Source: a virus
Direction: 5' to 3' (one strand)
Length of the DNA stretch: 64,000 nt
Virus record (IMG/VR): IMGVR_UViG_3300024307_000003
Coordinates: 1-64,000 of that record
How positions within the stretch are numbered: position 1 is the first letter of the stretch; the number at the start of each line of letters is the position of its first letter. This document shows, piece after piece, positions 19,310 through 27,669 of this stretch. A model generated the notes under the pieces. That model was given only the letters and a program-made list of their open reading frames with translations, made no database searches and was not told the origin of the DNA. A program made the translations under genes and the position numbers.

Positions 19310-19443
19310 CAGACGAAAGTAAAACCAAAACTTACGTTTTCCGTGCTGATTCCGTATTCTGGATTGTTGTCGGTATCTAGGTAGTGTTGTTTGCAGGTAC
19401 GCCCGACCTAATGGACAGTATTGTTGCCTATCTTAGTAAATAA
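19306..19443 (+). pseudogene. small membrane protein gene with in-frame TAG
   Basis: MTDESKTKTYVFRADSVFWIVVGI*VVLFAGTPDLMDSIVAYLSK*; TAG at 19378-19380. Confidence 0.6.
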
Positions 19444-19453
19444 GGAGAACGAA

Positions 19454-19678
19454 ATGACTACTACACTACATTTCAAACCTATTGACACCGTTCCTTACGA
19501 GAAAGAAGTGTTGCTGTATTGGGAGAAAACTAAGCACTACGAAAAGGGACAAGTGTCTGTCGATACATACGGCTCAACTATTGATAAACCGTATCACTGG
19601 TTGTCTATAGATGGCGAGTCTATTAACTCATTCCCTACGCACTGGGCAGAATGCCCTGTCCTTGTGTTTGGAGGGTAG
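19454..19678 (+). CDS. hypothetical protein (DUF551-like)
   Basis: FKPIDTVP..EVLL...PTHW. Confidence 0.65.
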   Translation: MTTTLHFKPIDTVPYEKEVLLYWEKTKHYEKGQVSVDTYGSTIDKPYHWLSIDGESINSFPTHWAECPVLVFGG

Positions 19679-19679
19679 A

Positions 19680-19865
19680 ATGATCAGTAAACGAGTGGGA
19701 GCCTTTGTGGTTAATGTTTATACAGAAGAAGGAAGGGCAATGTGTAATGTGAACACTAGTCTCCAAGACTCCATCTGTTTCTATCCTAGAGACTTGGAAG
19801 ACTTGGCCTACGTTATTAAGTGGATGAAAGAAGAAGTCCGAAAACTTGAACGAGGTGTGAAATGA
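19680..19865 (+). CDS. hypothetical protein
   Basis: GGAGG SD; coupled. Confidence 0.6.
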   Translation: MISKRVGAFVVNVYTEEGRAMCNVNTSLQDSICFYPRDLEDLAYVIKWMKEEVRKLERGVK

Positions 19866-20485
19866 ACTCCCTAAAACACTTAGCTTTATCTGTAACAATG
19901 TTCGTTGGAGCTTGTACTGGTTTTGCCACTGTTCCTGTCATGGCATTCAATTGGGGCTGGGAGGGCAATAGAGCTTCACAAGAGGCTCCCCAATACACTG
20001 ATGGCTCCCTATCTACAGAAACGTCTCCTGAGCCTTCCTATGAGCCTACAGAGGCTCCTTCCTACACACAGAAAGATGTTGGGTGTATGGCTGAAGCTAT
20101 CTACTTTGAGGCACGAGGGGAATCTATCGCTGGACAAACAGCTGTGGGATTGGTTATACTGAAGCGAGCTAAAAGTGGACGCTATCCAACGTCTGTGTGT
20201 AATGTGATCAGTCAGAATGACCACAAGCCTAATAAGTGTATGTTTAGCTATCGGTGTGATGGGAAGTCAGAGTATATTCAGAAAGAGAACAATATTGCTT
20301 ACAATCTTGCCCTTAGCGTTTCTGAATGTGTTCTGTCTGGAGAGTGTTCCCTTGTAGGGGTGGAACAGGCTACGATGTATTATGCCTGCGATGGGGAGAA
20401 TAGAATCTCTCGTCCTGATTGGAACTTCAATAAACTCCGTATTATGGGTAAAATTGAGAACCATTGTTTTTATCGGGAGGTTTAA
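19862..20485 (+). CDS. SleB-like cell-wall hydrolase (Hydrolase_2) with N-terminal signal
   Basis: CMAEAIYFEARGESIAGQTAV...YPTSVCNVISQ...CMFSY. Confidence 0.88.
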   Translation: MNSLKHLALSVTMFVGACTGFATVPVMAFNWGWEGNRASQEAPQYTDGSLSTETSPEPSYEPTEAPSYTQKDVGCMAEAIYFEARGESIAGQTAVGLVILKRAKSGRYPTSVCNVISQNDHKPNKCMFSYRCDGKSEYIQKENNIAYNLALSVSECVLSGECSLVGVEQATMYYACDGENRISRPDWNFNKLRIMGKIENHCFYREV

Positions 20486-20492
20486 TCTTGTT

Positions 20493-21143
20493 ATGCGCAT
20501 CATATCCAAGTTTCAGGACTACTATGATTCTGCTTTAGGCTACGGAGTAGATATGGCTCAAGTATTACCAAGAAAGACAGAGACTATATTTTTATCTGGA
20601 GAGCATGGCGCGCATATTGGAAGACACAATAAACTACTTTTGGAACTTTTCATTGTAGGTTTCTGTGGAGAATTCTTCCAAGGTGTTAAAATAGAGTACG
20701 ATACATGCCACTCCAAAAGTTTTGGAAGTGATTGGTCAGAAATAGTTTATTCTAGGGAAGAACTAGATCAGTGCGTAAAAGAAAGAGAAGAAACTGGCAG
20801 GTATTTCGATAATGATCGTAGATTCAATAAATTACTGAAAGAACCTGTTAACTTAGATAAAGAGATGTTCTTCGAACATAAGTGTCCATTTTTTGTTATA
20901 GAATACCAATTCATACATGGTAAAGGCTGGAAGAAAATCCTTTCTCTTTGGCCTTGTTTAAAGAACTATAAATTTCAGAAAGTAAAAGACCCGTTCACAG
21001 CATTTCAAGAAATTAGCCAATATTATTTCGGAGTGATAGGGTGCACAGAGAAAGATATTTGTGTAGTGTCAGACAAAGATCGGTTGGATCAAAGAGGATT
21101 TGATCCTAAATACGGATTCAGGAAACGTCCTAAAGAGGTGTGA
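20493..21143 (+). CDS. conserved phage hypothetical protein (MRIISKFQDYYD)
   Basis: KDPFTAFQEI...GFDPKYGFRKR. Confidence 0.8.
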   Translation: MRIISKFQDYYDSALGYGVDMAQVLPRKTETIFLSGEHGAHIGRHNKLLLELFIVGFCGEFFQGVKIEYDTCHSKSFGSDWSEIVYSREELDQCVKEREETGRYFDNDRRFNKLLKEPVNLDKEMFFEHKCPFFVIEYQFIHGKGWKKILSLWPCLKNYKFQKVKDPFTAFQEISQYYFGVIGCTEKDICVVSDKDRLDQRGFDPKYGFRKRPKEV

Positions 21144-21144
21144 T

Positions 21145-21318
21145 ATGAGTTATAGAGCTGTCCTTACTGCTTATGATAAAGAAGGGGAAATTGTTGCCCG
21201 TTTCAATGGGTATAAAGAATACTACAACAAGGCTGTAGAAGAAGTTATGGTATTGGTAGTACAGTATGGAGGCAGGTGGGTGAGATTCACTGTTGAGGTG
21301 GTAAGTGATGGATTGTAA
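21145..21318 (+). CDS. hypothetical protein
   Basis: GAGGTG SD. Confidence 0.6.
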   Translation: MSYRAVLTAYDKEGEIVARFNGYKEYYNKAVEEVMVLVVQYGGRWVRFTVEVVSDGL

Positions 21319-21523
21319 ATGTACGTTTGCTCAGAAGATGGTAGGAGATGGATGTGACATCTGCAATCCTGACTACCAAAAGCAACTACAAGAGGAAGCA
21401 GAGAACACTTGTGCAGAATGTGGGGAGCTGTTTGGTCCTTCGGAAGAGAAAGTACACAGCCCTTTTACAGACCACAAAGAGTATTACCATAAATATTGTT
21501 TTAATTGGATCGGAGGAGACTAA
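21308..21523 (+). CDS. small Cys-rich zinc-binding protein
   Basis: CKC...GDGCDICNP and CAECG...HKYC. Confidence 0.65.
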   Translation: MDCKCTFAQKMVGDGCDICNPDYQKQLQEEAENTCAECGELFGPSEEKVHSPFTDHKEYYHKYCFNWIGGD

Positions 21524-21790
21524 ATGGGTATTCTATCCTTTTTTAAAACGACAAAATCAGATACACCTGAACACCAATTAAGTATTAATAGGGATTTGAT
21601 TGATACGTGTAAAGCACAAAGCCAATCCATTGGTCATCTGATGTCTGTTATTTATGCTTTGCAGAGCAGGGTTAATAGTATTGAAAACTATTTTGAGAGA
21701 TTAATCCTCGTTGACGATCAACAAGCTATGAGAATTGGTGAGTTGCAAGAAGCGGTAGTTGAAATTAATAAATTATTAACTAAGGAGTAG
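21524..21790 (+). CDS. coiled-coil hypothetical protein
   Basis: GGAGGAG SD. Confidence 0.7.
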   Translation: MGILSFFKTTKSDTPEHQLSINRDLIDTCKAQSQSIGHLMSVIYALQSRVNSIENYFERLILVDDQQAMRIGELQEAVVEINKLLTKE

Positions 21791-21793
21791 TAA

Positions 21794-22090
21794 ATGAAAC
21801 AAGCTATTGAACAAAAAACACAATCACAAAATGTGAACCAACGTACACAGAAAGAGAACCTTGATAATAGTGTTCGTCGTATGGCTGGGAAGACAGAGAA
21901 AGCTCTTATCAAGAAAGGCAATCGTCAAGCTATTGTCGATACACAAGACAAGAGCCATGCTCCTTATTTCTACACACTAATTGATGGGCAAGAGCAATGG
22001 CAGCTTGTTCATCAAGATCGCTACAAGCTTAACAAACGTATTGGGAAGATTGGTAGCCTCCCTATCTCTCGATTGAGGATCAAAGGATGA
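21794..22090 (+). CDS. hypothetical protein
   Basis: AAGGAG SD. Confidence 0.7.
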   Translation: MKQAIEQKTQSQNVNQRTQKENLDNSVRRMAGKTEKALIKKGNRQAIVDTQDKSHAPYFYTLIDGQEQWQLVHQDRYKLNKRIGKIGSLPISRLRIKG

Positions 22091-22305
22091 TTGAAGATCA
22101 ATATCCCCGTGTCTACACTGTAGAAAGTGTTGAGGGCAATAGATTGCACAATTATTCTACAGGGACACGAATATACACAAAGAGACACAACGCGGAACGA
22201 CTAGCTAAACGCAGAGGATGGAGACAAGACGATATAGTTAAAGAATATGTGTTGGTTCCAATCGAAGTTTGGCAGACACTCCAGAACGCGGACGTAAAGA
22301 TATGA
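22087..22305 (+). CDS. hypothetical protein
   Basis: Coupled ORF. Confidence 0.65.
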   Translation: MIEDQYPRVYTVESVEGNRLHNYSTGTRIYTKRHNAERLAKRRGWRQDDIVKEYVLVPIEVWQTLQNADVKI

Positions 22306-22505
22306 GATTTGGTTTACTAGCTGCTGAGTATTGTGGTATGTACCTTCCTCTGATGGTGTGTAGGAGTTCGGCTGGGTATTACATTGGAACAATGAGTAAC
22401 GAACTTGGTCCTGTCAGCAGGGAGTCTGTGGAGTATTATCCAACATGGAAAGAAGCCAATAACGCTTTAAGAGATAATACATTTACACAACGTTATCACC
22501 CGTAA
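22302..22505 (+). CDS. conserved hypothetical protein (SSAGYYIGT...GPVSRESVEYY)
   Basis: Recognisable small phage/ICE family motif. Confidence 0.7.
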   Translation: MRFGLLAAEYCGMYLPLMVCRSSAGYYIGTMSNELGPVSRESVEYYPTWKEANNALRDNTFTQRYHP

Positions 22506-22518
22506 GGATGATTTTAAT

Positions 22519-22545
22519 AAGGAGCCTTTTTGCTCCTTCTTTATA
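22519..22545 (+). terminator. intrinsic terminator
   Basis: AAGGAGC-cttttt-GCTCCTT followed by CTTTAT. Confidence 0.5.
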
Positions 22546-22555
22546 AGGAGAATAA

Positions 22556-23524
22556 ATGAAGAAGATGAAATTTGCATTGGATGCAGACACTCTGCTACAC
22601 AGGAGTGCTGCTCTATGTCAGAATAACTACGATGTTATTCATAAAGAAACAGGGAACATAGTAACAAGCGTAACAAGCATGAAAGCTTTTAAAGATAATA
22701 TCCCCAAGGATGCTCCAGAGGGGTATTTAGACTTGTTCGAGTTTCGTGCCAACATCACTCCTATCATCCCAGCAGGAAGTGATAAGCCTGAGATTGTTGG
22801 CTATCATGCTTTGAAGCTACAGATAGAGAAGATCATTAATGACAACCGTAAATGGATAGACGACTTCAAGATTGTCCTTCATGGCGAAGGCAACTTCCGT
22901 AATGATATAGCTACGATAGCTCCCTACAAGGGACAGCGGAAAGAGAAGCCTCTGTTCTGGCAAGCTGTTAAAGACTGGGCATTCAAGACATATAAAGACT
23001 CCTTGATTATTGCTCAAGGGGAAGAATCAGATGATATTGTCTCTCAGATGGCTTTTACTGAGTATATGCGTGTCGGAGAGAACCCCAAGAAATTCTCTGT
23101 GTGTATTGCTGGGGTGGATAAAGACCTTCTACAAGTGGTTAGTCACCACTACAACTTCGACAAAAACACATATCAATGGGTGGGACGTAAGGAAGCAGCT
23201 TACAACTTCTATGTTCAACTCCTAATGGGCGATGTCTCAGACAACATCAAAGGGCTTGTAGACCTTCCTCCAGAGGCTAGAAAGGAATACGGATTGAAGG
23301 GTAAGGGGATAGGAGAAAAGGCAGCAGAGAGGATTCTGGAAGGCTTGGAAACCCCCAAAGAGATGATGGAACGTTGTGTCTCTTGTTATGAAATGCAATA
23401 TAAAGAAAAGTGGTATGACGTGATGGAAGAGAACTGCCGTCTGCTATATCTACGAAAGCTCCCTAATGAGATGTACGACCTTGGAGAAAGATTAACTAGA
23501 ATGGGGATTAGTTATGAACGCTGA
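22556..23524 (+). CDS. 5'-3' exonuclease (T7 gp6/FEN-like)
   Basis: LDADT, NFR...YKGQR, EESDD, DKDL, GDVSDNIKG, GIGEKAA. Confidence 0.9.
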   Translation: MKKMKFALDADTLLHRSAALCQNNYDVIHKETGNIVTSVTSMKAFKDNIPKDAPEGYLDLFEFRANITPIIPAGSDKPEIVGYHALKLQIEKIINDNRKWIDDFKIVLHGEGNFRNDIATIAPYKGQRKEKPLFWQAVKDWAFKTYKDSLIIAQGEESDDIVSQMAFTEYMRVGENPKKFSVCIAGVDKDLLQVVSHHYNFDKNTYQWVGRKEAAYNFYVQLLMGDVSDNIKGLVDLPPEARKEYGLKGKGIGEKAAERILEGLETPKEMMERCVSCYEMQYKEKWYDVMEENCRLLYLRKLPNEMYDLGERLTRMGISYER

Positions 23525-23747
23525 TATTATTGATAAACTGAAAACCAGAATTATTGGTATTCAACAACAATATGGAACTGATTTTATTGGGGATGGGCAT
23601 GTGGATTTTAATCCTCATGATTGGTCTGGTGGGAACTTCGATGACTGTTTCAGTCAAGGAAGCAGCCAAGGAATATACGATGCTTGTGAGATGATCTTGT
23701 TTGATATTTCAGACTTATTGAAAGAGCAAGGAGAATGTATTGAGTAA
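23514..23747 (+). CDS. hypothetical protein (FNPHDWSGGNFDD)
   Basis: 77-aa coupled ORF. Confidence 0.7.
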   Translation: MNADIIDKLKTRIIGIQQQYGTDFIGDGHVDFNPHDWSGGNFDDCFSQGSSQGIYDACEMILFDISDLLKEQGECIE

Positions 23748-24279
23748 GACGCCGTGGAGAGATGTACCCTCCTTGTGGAAGGATGAGAAAGCCTTCCTAC
23801 AATGGCTCAGGGGAGCTGCTAGACGACTTTGGAATCGTCACCCACTAAAGATAGAGTATAAACGCTCAAGACGTTATAAAGCCCCTGTAGGGAAGGCTGG
23901 AAAGGAAGTGTGGGTGAGTGATTGCGAGAAGTGTGGCAAGATAGAGTGTCGCAAAACAGAGATTGATCACTTAGAACAAGCAGGCAGCACGTTGACTCTG
24001 GAGCAATGGAAGGAGTGGATGGTGAGGTTGCTTGTAGTCGATTTCGATGACGTTCGGGAAGTATGCTTAGACTGTCACGCTGCAATCAATTTAAGCCAGA
24101 AGCTAGGCATCTCTTTCGAAGAAGCTGTTATTCACAAGCAGATAATTCAAATATGTAAAGAGAAGAGAGATAAGGAATGGCTTAAGAAGTGTGGAGCTGT
24201 TCCGGCTAAGAACGCTAAGCTGCGTAGGAAACAAATTGAAGAAATATTGCTTGGGACAGTTGACAAGAGGGAAGGATAG
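23740..24279 (+). CDS. HNH endonuclease (conserved type next to the exonuclease)
   Basis: WLRGAARR.W, CEKC...EIDH...VCLDCH. Confidence 0.8.
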   Translation: MSKTPWRDVPSLWKDEKAFLQWLRGAARRLWNRHPLKIEYKRSRRYKAPVGKAGKEVWVSDCEKCGKIECRKTEIDHLEQAGSTLTLEQWKEWMVRLLVVDFDDVREVCLDCHAAINLSQKLGISFEEAVIHKQIIQICKEKRDKEWLKKCGAVPAKNAKLRRKQIEEILLGTVDKREG

Positions 24280-24288
24280 GAATATCCT
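24260..24288 (+). promoter_or_regulatory. sigma70-like promoter with inverted repeat over -10
   Basis: TTGACA-17-TATCCT; GAAGGATA-ggaa-TATCCTTC. Confidence 0.6.
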
Positions 24289-24318
24289 TCTTCTCATCAA
24301 ATACAAAGGAGAGAAATT

Positions 24319-24534
24319 ATGATGATGTTTCCTCTTAGCAGATACAACGACTTCTGCAAGAAGCTTAAAGAGGGCTGCTACCCACATCTCAGAGTAGGAC
24401 AAGCTTTTCATAATTACATGGAGCTTGGTAAGATAACCTCTTCCGAAGAAAGGAAGTTCTGTGATAAACTATACGAAGCAGATAATGAAAAAGCTGTTGA
24501 TCTTATCGCCGCCCGTATTGACGAAAACTGTTAA
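24319..24534 (+). CDS. hypothetical protein (LRVGQAFHN)
   Basis: AAGGAG SD. Confidence 0.7.
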   Translation: MMMFPLSRYNDFCKKLKEGCYPHLRVGQAFHNYMELGKITSSEERKFCDKLYEADNEKAVDLIAARIDENC

Positions 24535-24545
24535 GGAGAAATATT

Positions 24546-25016
24546 ATGGGATACGAAGTTAAGTTGTTTGTTGTTCAACCGTCTACATCCAAAGAGAAAG
24601 TTTCAGTTCTGAATGGAAAGACTTACAACGCCTACCCTAGAGACAATTCTTGGTATGGGTATATGGATGATGGGGATACTGAAATTGTCCTTCCTCCCCC
24701 CTCATTGGAGTTGTCTTATAGTAGTATTATTGCTATGGTGGACCTGTGCAAACCCGGATATGATGCTAAAATCAGCAAGCTGATAAGTAGTTCTCCTGTC
24801 TCCTCTTCTTATATTCACTATGAAAATAGTTTATGCTATTTTGACCGTTATGGAGACGAGATGCGAGAAGCTGAGGTGAAAGATGTCGTATCTGCTCTTA
24901 AAGAGGATATTAAGGAGGAACCATACCGTAGATTTGTAACAGCGTTGGGGTTGCTTAAGACTATTACTCCAAAGGCTTATGGTACTACCGTTAAAGTTTT
25001 GTTTTTCGGATATTAA
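24546..25016 (+). CDS. hypothetical protein
   Basis: 156-aa ORF with AAGGAG SD. Confidence 0.75.
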   Translation: MGYEVKLFVVQPSTSKEKVSVLNGKTYNAYPRDNSWYGYMDDGDTEIVLPPPSLELSYSSIIAMVDLCKPGYDAKISKLISSSPVSSSYIHYENSLCYFDRYGDEMREAEVKDVVSALKEDIKEEPYRRFVTALGLLKTITPKAYGTTVKVLFFGY

Positions 25017-25031
25017 ACAGGAGATAACAAA

Positions 25032-25451
25032 ATGTTTGCACAGGCTAAATTCAAAGAAGGGCAGAAAGTACGAGTTCTCTCTGTGGAAGAGGGAGACTAT
25101 GAGTTTGAATCCTTTACTAAATCTATGGTAGAGATGATTGGTAAAGTATTTACTATTGTAAATGTGGATTTATATAATTACCATGTGCTTTATGTTTTAG
25201 TTGCTGATGACGGTGAATCTTGGAATTTCCAAGAAGATTGGTTGGAGGCTGAACTAATCGTGGATCATCCTATTGAAAATTTCAAAGATAAACGTGGACG
25301 GGAGTGGGAATGTTTTGTAGACTTGTCCTACTTCGATCTTATCTGTGTAAGAACAACACACGACAGATGTTTTAACAGCCCTACAAGCTTTCATTTCAAT
25401 CTTCACGAAGAAGCGATAGCTTTCTGTGAACTACTTAAGAGGAGCAGCTAA
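25032..25451 (+). CDS. hypothetical protein (SH3/KOW-like N-terminus)
   Basis: KFKEGQKVRV; AGGAG SD. Confidence 0.75.
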   Translation: MFAQAKFKEGQKVRVLSVEEGDYEFESFTKSMVEMIGKVFTIVNVDLYNYHVLYVLVADDGESWNFQEDWLEAELIVDHPIENFKDKRGREWECFVDLSYFDLICVRTTHDRCFNSPTSFHFNLHEEAIAFCELLKRSS

Positions 25452-25678
25452 TGTGGCCATTTAAGAAGAAAATTAAACGGTATGTGACGTTCGACACTGC
25501 TTCTGGATATAGAACAGAAGAGATTAAAGAAGATGTTGAGGGACAATACTACATAGACTGTCGTGGTGTACTACATAAAGTAATCATCACAGATTATTGG
25601 TCTACTTGTAAAGTGTACTTCTTTGGTTTTGAGAAAGAAGGTGTTATCTTTTCCTTGGAGGAAGAATGGACAATTTGA
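25451..25678 (+). CDS. hypothetical protein
   Basis: Coupled ORF. Confidence 0.65.
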   Translation: MWPFKKKIKRYVTFDTASGYRTEEIKEDVEGQYYIDCRGVLHKVIITDYWSTCKVYFFGFEKEGVIFSLEEEWTI

Positions 25679-25899
25679 ATTGTACTATCAATCCTGAAGA
25701 TATTGAGAAGATGAGAGAAAAACTTCTTGAGAAAGTAAGACAAAGAGATGATAATGCTTGGATTGTAGTGGATAAGGTGAGGGGAATAATCGGAGAACGA
25801 TACATCTTCAATATCCATCATTCAAAAGGAATTGAGAAGTATGTTGTAGAGGAGAATCCATTTACAGGACTTGGATGGGTGTATTCAGGAAGCCAATGA
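25666..25899 (+). CDS. hypothetical protein
   Basis: GGAGG SD. Confidence 0.65.
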   Translation: MDNLNCTINPEDIEKMREKLLEKVRQRDDNAWIVVDKVRGIIGERYIFNIHHSKGIEKYVVEENPFTGLGWVYSGSQ

Positions 25900-25928
25900 T
25901 TTACAGAAAGATCATAGAGATGTAATAT
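25900..25928 (+). promoter_or_regulatory. probable promoter for the tRNA mini-cluster
   Basis: TTTACA-17-TAATAT; AGATCATA...TATGATCT inverted repeat over the -10. Confidence 0.55.
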
Positions 25929-25993
25929 GATCTGTATATAGTACAAAGGGTTTGTAGTTCAAAATTAGAATGCTAAACAATAAAGGAGAAAAC

Positions 25994-26085
25994 GGACGTA
26001 ATACAGGTATTGGCTTTCCTGTGCCCAACTCATAATTGGTTCTCTAATTGCTAGAGTCTCGGTTCGATTCCGAGTGCGTCCACCA
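25994..26085 (+). tRNA. tRNA with CAT anticodon (Met/Ile2) and long variable arm
   Basis: Acceptor GGACGTA/TGCGTCC+ACCA; anticodon arm CCAA-CTCATAA-TTGG; variable stem CTCTA/TAGAG; T arm CTCGG-TTCGATT-CCGAG. Confidence 0.8.
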
Positions 26086-26090
26086 TAAAC

Positions 26091-26570
26091 ATGAAAATAG
26101 AACTTGAAGAACCATTTAAAAGTAAATGGAAATTTGGCTATCTAGTAGTAAATAAAGAGCCAAGAAGAAATGTAATTCTGTTTAATACTGATAAAGATAG
26201 AACTACAGTATCTTACGCTAGATATTTAATGTCTGTACACTTAGAAAGAGAGCTAAGAAAAGATGAACACGTTGACCACATTAATGGTGACAGGTTAGAC
26301 GATAGGTTAGAAAATTACCAAATATTGTCTCCTGATGATAACACAAGAAAAGGAATGAAAAGCAACAATATTAAGAAAGCAATGGTTGAAATCGAGTGTG
26401 GAAATTGTGGCAGAATATTCTCTAAACCTAGAAACTGTACCCATTTAGTTATTAAAACAAAGAAATCAACTTATTGTTCTAGGCAATGTTCTGGTAGACG
26501 TGGAAATAAGGGACAATCGAAAATAATAAAAGAATATATGCTAGGTTTTTGGGAAACAAACGAGGGCTAA
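26091..26570 (+). CDS. HNH homing endonuclease inside the tRNA cluster
   Basis: SYARYLM...HVDHINGDRLDDRLENYQIL; C-terminal CGNC...YCSRQC zinc finger. Confidence 0.88.
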   Translation: MKIELEEPFKSKWKFGYLVVNKEPRRNVILFNTDKDRTTVSYARYLMSVHLERELRKDEHVDHINGDRLDDRLENYQILSPDDNTRKGMKSNNIKKAMVEIECGNCGRIFSKPRNCTHLVIKTKKSTYCSRQCSGRRGNKGQSKIIKEYMLGFWETNEG

Positions 26571-26600
26571 AGCATGGTTAGATTCCATGATGGCCTACCA
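26543..26600 (+). pseudogene. tRNA remnant (T arm, acceptor 3' strand, CCA)
   Basis: CATGG-TTAGATT-CCATG-ATGGCCT-A-CCA; D and anticodon arms not recognisable. Confidence 0.55.
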
Positions 26601-26606
26601 AACAAC

Positions 26607-26683
26607 GCTCTGGTATCCCAATAGGCAGAGGAACAAAATTTAAAATTTTGTAAGTGTGGATTCGAATTCCACCCAGAGCACCA
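26607..26683 (+). tRNA. tRNA-Leu(TAA), short variable loop
   Basis: GCTCTGG/CCAGAGC+ACCA; CAAAA-TTTAAAA-TTTTG. Confidence 0.85.
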
Positions 26684-26689
26684 TAAAAA

Positions 26690-26768
26690 GGGGTTGTATC
26701 ACAACGAGCTTCTACCTCGTAGACGTGTAATTGGATCAATGGGTGTTCGAGTCACCCCAACCCCGCCA
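26690..26768 (+). tRNA. atypical D-armless tRNA-Arg(TCT)-like RNA
   Basis: GGGGTTG/CAACCCC+GCCA; ACGAG-CTTCTAC-CTCGT; T arm GGGTG-TTCGAGT-CACCC; only 7 nt where the D arm should be. Confidence 0.7.
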
Positions 26769-26770
26769 TC

Positions 26771-26804
26771 AAAAGAAAGGGGCTATTAAGCCCCTTTTTG
26801 TTTT
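26771..26804. terminator. bidirectional intrinsic terminator
   Basis: AAAAGAAA-GGGGCT-atta-AGCCCC-CTTTTTGTTTT between the convergent tRNA and late transcripts. Confidence 0.7.
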
Positions 26805-27340
26805 GTAAGCTCTTTAACTACATCATCCTTGCTCTTGGAACTAGCTGAGCTTCCATAGAAGAACTGAAAGATAGCTCCCAACACTGTACCAATCAACACC
26901 CCTACCACTGTATCCACCACCCGAAGGTTGGCTTGAGGGATAGGGTATATTGTCACTAATGTTAGATAAAGGCCGATGAACAAACTCCATCCACCAGCAA
27001 AGTAATACACAAATCTCTTGCTAAACACATCATCCTGTGCCAGCGCAGCTTTCTGCATATCTCTAGCGTCTTTAACATCAGCCAAGCGCATTTGCTCAGC
27101 TATGTGCTCATTGGCCATTACAGCTTCTCTAAGCCTTACAACTAATTCAGGCTGTGTAGCTAAGGCTTTGTCCACATCATTTAATGTAGACATTCCTGTA
27201 ACGTCCTGAACGATATTACTGAAAGCAGAGGCAGCCTTAGCTGCCTTTGTTTCCTTTCCAGAGAAAATTCCTACGATCTCCGGGAGATATTTAGCTGCCA
27301 ATCCTACGACAGCAGCAGAAACAGGCTCCATCATCATCAC
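26786..27340 (-). CDS. probable holin (GTA 3TM-holin-like)
   Basis: LADVKDARDMQ...two TMs...IFQFFYGSSASSKSKD; last gene of the late operon. Confidence 0.65.
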   Translation of the reverse strand: MMMMEPVSAAVVGLAAKYLPEIVGIFSGKETKAAKAASAFSNIVQDVTGMSTLNDVDKALATQPELVVRLREAVMANEHIAEQMRLADVKDARDMQKAALAQDDVFSKRFVYYFAGGWSLFIGLYLTLVTIYPIPQANLRVVDTVVGVLIGTVLGAIFQFFYGSSASSKSKDDVVKELTKQKGA

Positions 27341-27669
27341 TCCTGTTCTGCTTTACGCTTTGGGAGAGAGCGTAATATTTCTGTAAGGGTTTTATCCATC
27401 TTGTCTATCTTTCCCTCTAGTTTTTCTTCCATCTTCCCTAGTTTGTCTTCCATGTAGTCCCGCAGATAGGTGTCTGTGATAGAAGTCTTCTCTAGCACAG
27501 CCATCTGAATCTTCAGAGCAGAAACCTCCTCCGTCTGCCGGAGTTTATCTGCCTCTTCTGTTTCTTTCCCTCGTTTCTCTTTTTCCAACCACCACCAGAG
27601 GATGGGCGCCCACAAAAACTGGGCGAGAAAGTTTAACCATTCTGGGATCATTATTGCTTCCGCTGTCAT
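27337..27669 (-). CDS. membrane-anchored coiled-coil protein (lysis-associated?)
   Basis: N-terminal hydrophobic segment plus coiled coil; next to the holin. Confidence 0.55.
   Translation of the reverse strand: MTAEAIMIPEWLNFLAQFLWAPILWWWLEKEKRGKETEEADKLRQTEEVSALKIQMAVLEKTSITDTYLRDYMEDKLGKMEEKLEGKIDKMDKTLTEILRSLPKRKAEQE

Noticed and set aside
25947-25975. GGGTTTGTAGTTCAAAATTAGAAT as the 5' half of the tRNA remnant at 26573-26600
   Set aside because: It does not pair convincingly with ATGGCCT, so a split tRNA is unsupported
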